A DNA stretch of 63,957 bases, filler included, from Gonapodya sp. JEL0774 (Eukaryota), in the NCBI GenBank assembly GCA_027604505.1. It is 3 parts of 3 records of this genome, joined end to end, with 100 filler letters (N's around TTAATTAATTAA, not from the genome) between each part and the next. Parts side by side here need not be neighbours in the genome. Positions count along the whole stretch, not along the records: positions 22,965 to 45,722 come from JADIIX010000237.1; positions 45,823 to 63,957 come from JADIIX010000263.1; 1 more part is not named here. One strand, 5' to 3'. The first letter of the stretch is position 1. Each line of letters starts with the position of its first letter. The position numbers and the translations under genes were made by a program. Positions 39,888 to 49,368 of the stretch are shown in pieces. The notes beneath the pieces are model-generated. The model saw nothing but the letters and a program-made list of their open reading frames with translations. It made no database searches and was not told where the DNA came from.

Positions 39888-40929
39888 TGTCACACAACAT
39901 CACCTAACTTCAGGAAATTCTCTTCTCACCCCTGACACCCTTTAATTGGCAAGCACTACAGGGACCACAGAAGAACATCCACATCAACAATTTCTTTGCT
40001 CTTCTGGTTTTCTTTCGCCTTTGAGCTCTCTGAGAATTCGCCAGTAAACAAACCTTGAAATAATGGTTAGAGACAAGAGAGCAAGTGTCGAAACTCAAAT
40101 GGAACAAGATGAGTTGTTTAAGTTGTTGAGAGGTCTTGAAGAGGAAGAGATGAAGGACTGGGTCTTACCCATGTCAGAGGTAGTGAAGATGCACCGCCTG
40201 GGGGATTGATGCCTGCAGGAGCACCAACAGGGAGAATTTAAGAGATCCACTACAGGAAAGCGCTGATTCAGCCTTTCGCCTGGAGGTTGACAAAGGAGAT
40301 GACACATCTCAACGCATGAGTTCATGCATATGAAAACTGGTACAGGCGATACCCTGATGGTTACAAGGTATTGATGTTGATGCAGTGGATTGACCCAAGG
40401 GATCAAGCTGTACTGTTACCGAAGATTCTTGCAAAGGAATTGTTCAAGGTTTGCAATTGGAGTGGATTGAAGCATGATCTATGGAACATGTTTGTTAGGA
40501 AGGAGAAAACGTCTGAGGAGTATACAAAGTAGTGGGTTGAGTTGTTGAAGAGACGTGATTGAACAGCGTCGTTGAAGGAGTGGTTTGATGAAGTCCGTCA
40601 TAAGGTACACAAGCTGATCGTGGAGGATGTGATTACAAGGATAAGCACTAAGTTACAAAGTCTTGAAGCTCTTGATTGCGAAGAGCAATGGATGGCTATG
40701 ATGGGGGCGAATGTGCTCAGAACTCCAATTGAGTAGTTATCGATTGCAGATTTTTTCAAAGTTGTTCCAGAGGCGTAGGCGTGTGGGGATCTCAAGGAGA
40801 TCAACCCAAAGGTTGTCGCCATCCTCAAGTCTAGCACTTCGGAGAAGAAAGTCCTGTTGTTTGAGGAGACAAAAGGTCAATATCATGACCTTGTCAATGC
40901 TGCTATCATGTCAATCCCAAAGGGGATCA
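39888..40929 (+). mobile_element. Decayed Ty3/gypsy-like LTR retrotransposon fragment (gag relic)
   Basis: Possible LTR end TGACA (39937) and PBS-like TGGCAAGCACTACAGGGAC (39947-39965). Stop-riddled ORF from 40098 contains gag-like WSGLKHDLWNMF and ends abruptly at the copia LTR. The 5' boundary is uncertain. Confidence 0.45.
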
Positions 40930-41058
40930 TGTTGGATATAAGTGATGTTGTGTGTGTGTGTACTATATATTTGTATGATAGACTGTCACACATAGATGAG
41001 TGGGCTGGCGTGTAATATACTAAGTTGTCTACACAAGAAACATACCTGTATTCTGACA
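40930..41058 (+). repeat. Putative 5' LTR of a Ty1/copia element (129 bp, TGTTGG...CTGACA)
   Basis: TG..CA termini and an internal TATA-like TACTATATAT; immediately followed by the PBS. Confidence 0.6.
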
Positions 41059-41069
41059 GGTTATGAGCC
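41059..41069 (+). promoter_or_regulatory. Primer-binding site for an initiator-Met tRNA fragment
   Basis: GGTTATGAGCC directly after ..CA, the PBS type used by Ty5 / Drosophila copia-like elements. Confidence 0.7.
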
Positions 41070-43049
41070 TGGAGTAATCAGGATTACTCCAATTGGAATA
41101 CAGGAACAGACAGCCAAGTCCATTCAGTTGATTTCCCCTGTTTATCACCTCGCCACTGCAACTTCACTCTCAAACCCTCACATCCAACACCTGTCAATCG
41201 AACTCAATGGCCACAGACATCAAACCAGTGGACATTTGGAAAGCCCTGAAGGCTTCTATGCCGGGAAAAAGGTGGAAAGTGGAGATTAAACTGGGATTAC
41301 ACCTCCACGAGCTGGAGAATCACACTTTAGGCTAAAAAACGGCTACAGGACGTATTGTCAACATTATGAAGGTGCCAAGCACAGCCTCAGTCTCCGGGGG
41401 AGGAGCATTGTTGTCATGATCAGCAGGGGACAGTGTAGTGGCCACCTACAAGCCAGCCTTGCCCAAAACGCTGAAAATCAACAGAACAGTCCACACTGCC
41501 CTCCTCATCACCATTGACCAATTGATTCACAATCAAATGCTCGATTCAGTGATAGATGAGACAGCGATGGAACTGTGGAAATGGATGGAAGCAAAATTCA
41601 TGGTCTTCAGTGTTGGGGAGACAAAGAATGCCATGGAGGAATGGCAGAGGGTCACGGCGACAGAAAAGTCTCCTGATGAATACAATCTGGAGTGGTGAAC
41701 ACCATGATGCGTACAAGGCTATGGGATGAACACAAGACGCCAAAACAATTGCCCATAACTACCTCAAGGGAATTCGGGGTGACTACCTCCCAGTTTTCAG
41801 CAAATTCATTTTCAATTCAGCCATCAACGTCAATGAAAATCCACGAGACCGCAACAAATTTTGACGCAATGGTGAACTCTGCATGAGAGAACAACAAAAC
41901 AAAGCAGGCGAGAACTGCAAATTCGAGCTGTGCCAGTCCCCCCACCTGTTGGAGTTGTGGAAAGATGGGCCACATTTCTGTCAGATTCTGTGTGCCACTT
42001 GGTACCTGCAGTGACCTGGAACATAAGTCACCAGAATGGCCCCAGAAACCCCCATCAAAGAGCTCAAAACCAAGTGTCAATGTGGTGGAGACAGGCAAAA
42101 AGGGCACAAACAAACCCAAAAGAAGATAGATGGAGGTTCCTGTGAATGCTAACATTGTATTTGAGTACCTGAATACAGTTGATATCCACTACACTTTCGC
42201 AATGAATGTTCAGAATAAGGCATGCAACTGAAAGTCTGAGGTAAACCCTCGGCCAGTACGCTCCACAACAACTCCCTTTGTGGGAGTGGGACTGGAGTGC
42301 TGAAGCGGGACACCCTTTGTCTCCATCATTGGAGACCACTCATACTGCCCCACATGAGTGAGGTGAAATGAAGATATGTGACAACTCAAATATTGTTTTG
42401 AATCCCAAGAATTATATTAATGAAGCGTCTGTGTTCAGTTTCAACACACTTGGTGACAATGAAATCTCATCTCGGTCTCTGAATCTACAAGTTCATGTCA
42501 ATACAGCAGCTTCACACTCTATATGCCTGAGTTGGGATTTTCTTACAAATTTCAGACCTGAACGTATTGAAATTGGTCTTGCAGACATTGACACCATGTC
42601 CATTGCAGGTACTCTTACAGTTTTATTTCACGGATCAAATTCTGTGACCTCACGTACAATTCCTGGCATGTTGTAGAACCCAGGCAATCGTTTTGTTTTA
42701 TTATCTGGGGGCAGTTTCCAGAATGCTGGAATAGCCATATGGGCACCAGCAAATTCGAATCTTCTTGAATTATGCAACTCTTCCGGAGAAGTTATCTGTC
42801 GAAGATCCGGTGTTGGACTCAGTCTTCATCAGATGCCAATTTCGGTTGACCGTATCAAGACTGAAATTCCTCAAGCATTTTTATTGCACAAATTGAATTT
42901 GGATTTTGCTCTGAGTCACCTTTGTCTCAGTCATCTGAATCCTTTGATTAGGACGAAGAGAAGGGGGTCATGCGAGCTGCTCGGCAAAGGTTGCCGGGCC
43001 CCACTCGGGTCGGGGAAAACTCACAAAGAGGGGTGAGTCGATGGTTTGT

Positions 43050-44090
43050 ATTTTGCGACACACAAAGTGTGTGGCAAAATCGCGGTTGTGTGCACGGCCC
43101 GGTGCACATAGTGAAAAACAATAGAGACCTCCCCACTCGGTCATTTATCCCGACTGGGCCCCACTTTCGACACCCTCCAGCACGGTAAGTCCGCGCTGCC
43201 TTCCATGGCGATCGCAATCGCCTGGTTGGCGGGGGGTGCCGTTCCCTCTCTCCCCCTCCAGGGCTCCTGCCACCTACCCACATCCATCGGTCGCCGGGAC
43301 GCCCTCCGGACATGGATTCCCCCGCTGGGGGCACGGATTCGTGTTCACTTAGGTATGTTGTCGCCGCGCAGTCCTCCGGATTCAATTTTACTGACTGGAT
43401 CGACGATCGACGACGCTCTTCGACGCCGTCGATTTTCGACTCGTGACCCCATCCGGTCACGAGGCTGCGCGGTAGCGGCTTATCGCCGCTACAGCACAAT
43501 GCCACATACCTACGGTGTGTGTGGGACGTGGCAAATTCCCGCCATCGTCCCCTTGGGGCAGAGGGGCAGTGGCTATCGCCACTGCCCCGGAACGGCCTTT
43601 CCTTTGCAAGGATCAGCCACTCCGCACGCCCCCACACCCCACCCCCGGACCATCGCTCATTAGAGCTTTGGTCCGAGGGCACGCTCGTTGGGCCATCGGC
43701 CTCTCGAGCACCTGTTCGACCGTCACCCCCCGAGGTGTTACGGGTCGCTCAGGACCCCGCTCAGCCCTCCGGGGCTAGCGCGGGAGGGTTCAGCCCCACC
43801 CCCACACCTTTTGGTGTGCGGCTGGGGGGTTCCCTGGGCCGCTCGCGCCTCTGGCGCGAGTTTCTTGCCCTACCCGTTGGGACTGCGTCCCTCCGGCACC
43901 GCACTGTCGGGGTATTTGTCTCTGCGAGACTCTACCTCTCGGCAAGTGCAAACCATCTCGCGCGAGCCCTGGAAAGAGGCTCGAGCGTTTTGGTGGAGCG
44001 TGTGGACATGAGAGTCTTGCACCCCGGTCCCGCCTCTGGCACGCATCCTCCACGGGGGAAGCGCTGCGCGTTTTTCCCCGCGATGTACCA
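43050..44090 (+). ncRNA. Highly structured RNA/ssDNA leader (about 1 kb) of the GC-rich element
   Basis: More than ten stems, including perfect 43440-43463 (9 bp), 43472-43492 (8 bp), 43563-43588 (11 bp) and 43842-43860 (8 bp), plus long-range 43363-43371/43465-43473 and 43923-43933/44011-44021. Confidence 0.55.
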
Positions 44091-44226
44091 GACCGCTCCT
44101 AGCACTGTTGCTCTACACGGGTATGCGTACTAACCACACCGGCACCTCTCGCTGGCCTCGTTCTGCGCGTTGCTCGTTGTCATTCGCGTTTCACACCGTC
44201 TGACCCCGTCCCGTCCCTCCCAGATC

Positions 44227-45722
44227 ATGTCTCAACATTCTGGCAAGCGCGACCGTGACGCGTCTCCTCCCCCGGAGGAGCAACCACCCCGCTCAAAGGC
44301 TCGGAGCGATGACGTCTCTATGTCTCGCTCCGACCTCGAAGAACTCTTGGCTCAAGTTGCCTCTAAGGCCGCCAAGGAAGCCCTCGCGTCCCACGGACCG
44401 GCTTCCTCTTCTTCTGCGGTGAGTGTTCTCTTCGGGTGTCACACACACACCCTTTGTACGTCTTGCTGACGGCCCCGATCCCTCTCCTAGCCCCTCACGC
44501 CTAAGTCTAAGGCGCTTGCAGAGGATGCGCGCGACCAAGCGCAGAAGGAGAAGGACCGCAAGTACCGGGCGCTTCAGGCACGCAAAGCTGCCGAAGCTAC
44601 CTCCGCGCCCCCTCGGTCCTCTGCAGCTAAGCTGCTCCGTCAGACCATGGATGGCAAGCGGGTCCCCGTATCCCAGCAAGACGACGGCATCGTGCTCCCG
44701 AGTGCCTTCCTCGGAGCCAAGGTCGATCCACGGCAGCGCGCGCTTATCCTCACCAGCGCCGCCTCCTCCCCGTCCGTCCCGCGCGACCGGTCTCCCACTC
44801 GCGCCACCTCCGCGGCTCTACCCATCGAAGTAGACTCCGAGGACGATATGGGCATGGATCTCGACCACAACCCCTTGGACCCCGAGGCCGCTGACCACTT
44901 CTCCGAGAGTGGCTCCAACGACGGTGACGAGAGCGACCGGAACTTCGATTCCGATGATGACAGTCGCTCATCACGCTCCGGCTCTCGCGCCTCCAGCCAC
45001 AATGCCCTGGCCTCCGGCTCTGTCGACCCCTTCTCCATCGACCCCAACGAGCCCCTCCCCAACCCGGGGATCGATGTCCACGGCGTGCGCTCTAAGCGCT
45101 CGGCTCCGGCAAAGCCAGCCTTCCACCCCCGTATTGCCAAGTTCGCAGGCCCTTACGGGGATGGCGCCTTCTCTTTCTTCCTGCCCCCCTCAGAAACTGC
45201 TGACCGGAAGAAGGCGAACAAGGAGCTCAAGACCGCCGCTGGCATGGCCGCGCCTCTGGTCCCCAAGGGTTTCCGGGATGACCTCATCGAGCCCCTCCGC
45301 ACTGCTCACGGCTACTCTGCCGACAGAGCCAAAAGTGCCGTCACTGAGCTTATGCGCACTGACAGTGACGCCCGGCAACTCCAAGACGAGGCCCTCGTCT
45401 TTCTCGCCCCAATGCTCGATGGCGCCTCCGACATTCTCTCCTTCATGGAGGAGCACGAGGCCCAGGTCACCCACATGATCCAGCTCGCCAGCGATATCCC
45501 TCCTCACGAGAAACTCCTCGCCGAGTGGGAGACTCTGGACGAGAGAGTCAAGGAGGCCTCTTACCTCGACTTCCGCGTCTGGGCCAATAAGGTCACACGC
45601 GAAGCCACCGAGCGTCTCCTTGGCAGCATATCGGAGCTCATGATCCTGCGCAATGGTACCACGCAAGTCGCCTCCCGGGGCCTGAACAACCTCGTCGACG
45701 GCCTGAAGGGCTTGACGTACCA
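44227..45722 (+). CDS. ORF1 (gag-like) of the GC-rich element, 2 exons, 3'-truncated
   Basis: Exon 44227-44418, phase-0 intron 44419-44490 (GTGAGT..GCTGAC..TAG, containing an in-frame stop), then an exon from 44491 open to the gap and in frame with ORF 44647. Confidence 0.7.
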
Positions 45723-45822
45723 NNNNNNNNNNNNNNNNNNNNNNNNNNNNNNNNNNNNNNNNNNNNTTAATTAATTAANNNNNNNNNNNNNNNNNNNNNN
45801 NNNNNNNNNNNNNNNNNNNNNN
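45723..45822. other. Assembly gap / contig spacer
   Basis: N run with central TTAATTAATTAA. Confidence 0.95.
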
Positions 45823-46026
45823 ATGTGCTGGGAGACGGTTTTAAGTCGCCGAGAATGTGCGTATTATAATTCGATTTCAGTCAACTTTGAAACCCACTAG
45901 TGTACTCCAGCGTGAAATTAATTCATGTCTTGGGGGTTCCAAAATGAAAAGAGCTCACCCAGATACTCACCAAATCATCGCCCGAACTATCAACACACTC
46001 CGGCTTTGTTAACCTTTCAAGGACAA

Positions 46027-48132
46027 ATGGACGCATCAATGATCCCGATGCCTGTGAAGGCTGTCGAAGCCGGCGCTGTGAAAATGGACAAGACGAGAAC
46101 CGTCCGCAAACACGCCAAGGGGCTCTCAATCGCGTCTGCGTCGGCGATCATAGAGGCAGAAGACTTGACGGATTTTCGGATGGTTGGGAGTGGCAATTTT
46201 GGCAGGATATGGGGTCCGTACCTTGACAGAATGGTGAAACTGTTCGACGTTGCCAACTAATCATTCGATGATTCAACTTTCTCCGACCAGTTGCGGACTA
46301 TCTTGGTACGGATGTTGCCGTCAAAGAGCTGCTTCGCGCCAAGGACCAATCCCTCGCCGAGTTTGAAAAGTATACTGAACGCGAACTTTCAACTCTCCGG
46401 TGAAGTTTCAACAAACGCGAATTGTGGATTCTACAGCGTGAATGCTGAATGATTGTATTGTCACACATCACGTGTGTGTTTTTTCTCTCTATCTCTACAG
46501 AGACTGCCGACATCCAAACGTTGTTCAGTTTATTGGCATCGTCCGATGCTCCACTACGCAATTGCTCGCCTCTGTCCCGCTCCCCGACCTCCCCGAACTC
46601 CCCAGCTCCCCATCATCTCCTCTCCACCTACATTCATCGGACCATCAGCACCTTCAGGACGGGTACTCCCTCATCACCGAATACGTACCAGGTGGTAATT
46701 TGCGCTCCTGGATATCGCCGGAACCCAACGATGAATCCCGCCGCGAGTTTCCGTGGAGTCTCCGTCTCTCGTTCGCGATAGATACTGCCCGGGCGTGTGC
46801 GTACCTCGAATCACGAAAGATTATCCACCGTGACCTCAAACCCGAAAACCTGCTGGTGACCGAAAACGCACGCATCAAGGTCTGCGATTTCGGATTCAGC
46901 CGAGCGTCGCCCTCCAAAAGCAACGAAAGCACTGAGGATTCCGAATCCGACTCGCATAGGCTCAGCTTCTGTGGTACGGACGCTTACATGAGTCCAGAAA
47001 TCATGCTCTGCATGCCGTTCGACAGCAGCACCGACGTGTTCTCCTACGGGGTGGTGCTCGCCGAAATTCTATCCCGAACATCGTGCTCCGATTCTGTCTT
47101 TCGACGTGTCGTGCCTGGATTTGGACTGGATCCAGCAGAGATTCGGTCGTTCTCGGCACAAGACGCAAATTTGGACGGAATCGGTGCCCCAGCGGACTTC
47201 GTGGAGCTTGTTGTAGAGTGCTGTAGTGACGAGCCCAAACGAAGACCGAGCTGGAAAGAAATTCTGAGACGGCTAAAAGAAACCGAAGCTGAAGTGCTTC
47301 GAAAGGAAAAATTTGCGGCAGCTGTAGCTGCAGCCACACCAACAGCGACAACGCCGGCGCCCGCCATGGTGAGAAGCGTTACAGCACCCAAGCATATCGG
47401 ACTCATGTCGAGCCTGAGCGCTTCTGGTGAGCCACGCGCTTCTCGGGGGGAGAAGCCCTTGATACTCATTATGTCCGCTTCCGGTGCTGACCTAACCCTC
47501 CATCTTCCAGACGCCGGTCTCGCCAACGGTCCGTCCCTCAGCTCTCTGACATCCATACCATCTGAACCATCCCTCCCAGACGCCACCTCCAACAGCCGCT
47601 CCGCCCTTCCCACGTCCCCAATGCCTTCACTCTATGCCGCATCCACCGCATCCATTACGTCCCCTATTACAGCTGTCTACGACACTCCGCTGACTCCCGC
47701 ATGGCCCCCATCTGCATCGCTCTTGTCTCCTGATACTGCAACCGCCTCCTCCGCCACGATAACCACGCCCGTACCCATGCGGGGTTCGATCTCGGGAGCA
47801 ATCAGGACAGGACTCAGCTACGAGATTCCGCATAGGTTCTCGATCAAACTGTGCCTTGGTGGCGTCAGGTGCCAGGTTTGCCATGGGAAGGTTGGGTTTG
47901 CGCATCGGTATCTCGAGTGCGATGGTATGTGACATACGGAACAAATGACGCTTTCTGGGCACAGTGTTGCTAAAATTAATGATTTCTAATATTCTGCCTC
48001 TTAGATTGCTCTTTTATAGCACACAAGCGATGCAGCGCGCGGTCGGAGCCCGTCTGTGGCATATCATTGGGGATGATCCAAGAGCTCATGGCAACAGTAC
48101 CAAAGGCTGCAACAATGCCCCGACCATCGTAA
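46027..48132 (+). CDS. TKL-group (LISK/TESK-like) kinase with C-terminal C1 domain
   Basis: VGSGNFG, YLGTDVAVKE, HPNVVQFIG, IIHRDLKPENLL, DFGFSR and SFCGTDAYMSPE; C1 motif HRF..CQVC..C|DDC...HKRC..C spans the last intron. Confidence 0.88.
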
Positions 48133-49368
48133 AATATTTTCAGTTTGTCAGCAGTACGTACACGTTTTGGAATTATGCATAATTATCAATGGATTGCGGC
48201 CACATTCACATGTAAATTTCAAATGAAACTTCCGGCATTCACTTTGCATGCTGTGATTGTTCAGAAGATTGCTTCATACATGGCCTGAATACAGCTAAAT
48301 GCAGAATTGAATCTCGATGCACTCTCAGGGTATGAAACTGAATACTTCGGTGCTGAACGACTGTATTCCGCAGTGGAGCTAACACTTTCGTACGTACATG
48401 AAATAGTTCAAAGACAGATATAATAGGAGAGGATGAACCTGTCACTAGCAATCTATAAGCAACTTAGAGACGGGTATGCTGTCCCGTTGACTGTACGCCG
48501 GTAGGTCTCGGTTCACCGTTGCGTCCCAAATGATTCCGAGATGAAGGGCAACAGAACAGCCGGGGACGAGTGCGCACAAAAAGGAGGGAAACGAATGGTA
48601 AATTAGTAACGAACAGTAACAAAACAATGCGTCTCGGTTTACTTTGAACACTTTGTGCGACAATCAAGCTTTCCTTGAGACGGCATGATGTGTCGGTCCA
48701 GTCTTCACGCCGCCAGCGGCCCGGTGGTTAACCCACACACGACCCCCGAAGACACGATCAGAACAACTGGCAAAATATTACTGTAAGAGGTTGATCGTCG
48801 AAGACCCCCATTATCCCACGAATGCCACACAGAACCCCAGGACATATAGTCGCTCCGAAGTCCGAAACTTTCATTCCTATACACATAGACCTGCCTGAAC
48901 TCCTCTCCGGACACCGGGCGAAGAAGAAGGAATAACAAATTGAAATGGTTGGAGACAGAGCGCAGAAAGTGATCTGCTCAACATCATATGTTAATGGTGT
49001 GTAATGCGGCCATCTCCCAAATTCTCAGCTTTCATGTTCCCATCATAAACGGAGTTCGAGCACTGTGCTCGCACAACATGAACGGCTGTTGGATCTGTGC
49101 TGAACAACAGATTTGTGCCGTGCTAAACACGCACAAACTACAAAATTCAAGCTAGTTGGAGTCAGTTGGAGTTGTTTAGGGGTGCAATGTTATCGATCGT
49201 GGTGAATTATTAATCATCTGAGCCAAAGTATGTAGTTAAAAGCATTCGTAATCCAGTGAATAACCAGGTCTTTCTAATGGATGGCCCAACGTAGAAAGAA
49301 TTGACTTCGCGGTCCTAATATATTATTTGTATTTGGGAGACCCGCCACCCTTCCTCGTATTTACTGTA

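Larger units (their letters stand above)
40930..42950 (+). mobile_element. Decayed Ty1/copia retrotransposon (gag, zinc knuckle, protease, start of integrase)
   Basis: Gag from about 41207 (ETAMELWKWMEAKF), knuckle CWSCGKMGHISVRFC (41947-41991), degenerate protease VNTAASHSIC (about 42497) and GAG-pre-integrase-like LSHLCLSHLN (about 42911-42940). Many stops and frameshifts. Confidence 0.8.
42951..45722 (+). mobile_element. Young GC-rich element, probably the 5' part of a DIRS/Ngaro-like tyrosine-recombinase retrotransposon, truncated by the gap
   Basis: Abrupt switch to GC/CpG-rich sequence inside the copia integrase. Structured leader, then an intact ORF1 with MRTDSDARQLQDEALVFLAPML, reminiscent of DIRS gag helical motifs. 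No RT or recombinase is visible before the gap. Confidence 0.5.

Noticed and set aside
40098..42950. In-frame TGA/TAG codons as possible selenocysteine or readthrough recoding
   Set aside because: Mixed stop types plus frameshifts in TE relics; simple decay explains them and no SECIS-like element was seen.
43390..43600. CRISPR-like array suggested by regularly spaced hairpins
   Set aside because: Stems differ in sequence, there are no identical direct repeats or cas genes, and the context is eukaryotic.
42948..44133. Several overlapping ORFs of 100-244 aa on both strands of the structured leader
   Set aside because: No recognisable motifs; explained by high GC content and self-complementarity.
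48465..48575. Possible pseudoknot or HDV-like ribozyme (TCTCGG/CCGAGA, CGTCCC/GGGACG, GGGCAAC)
   Set aside because: The P3/L3 core and cleavage-site geometry do not fit, and the stems are short enough to arise by chance.
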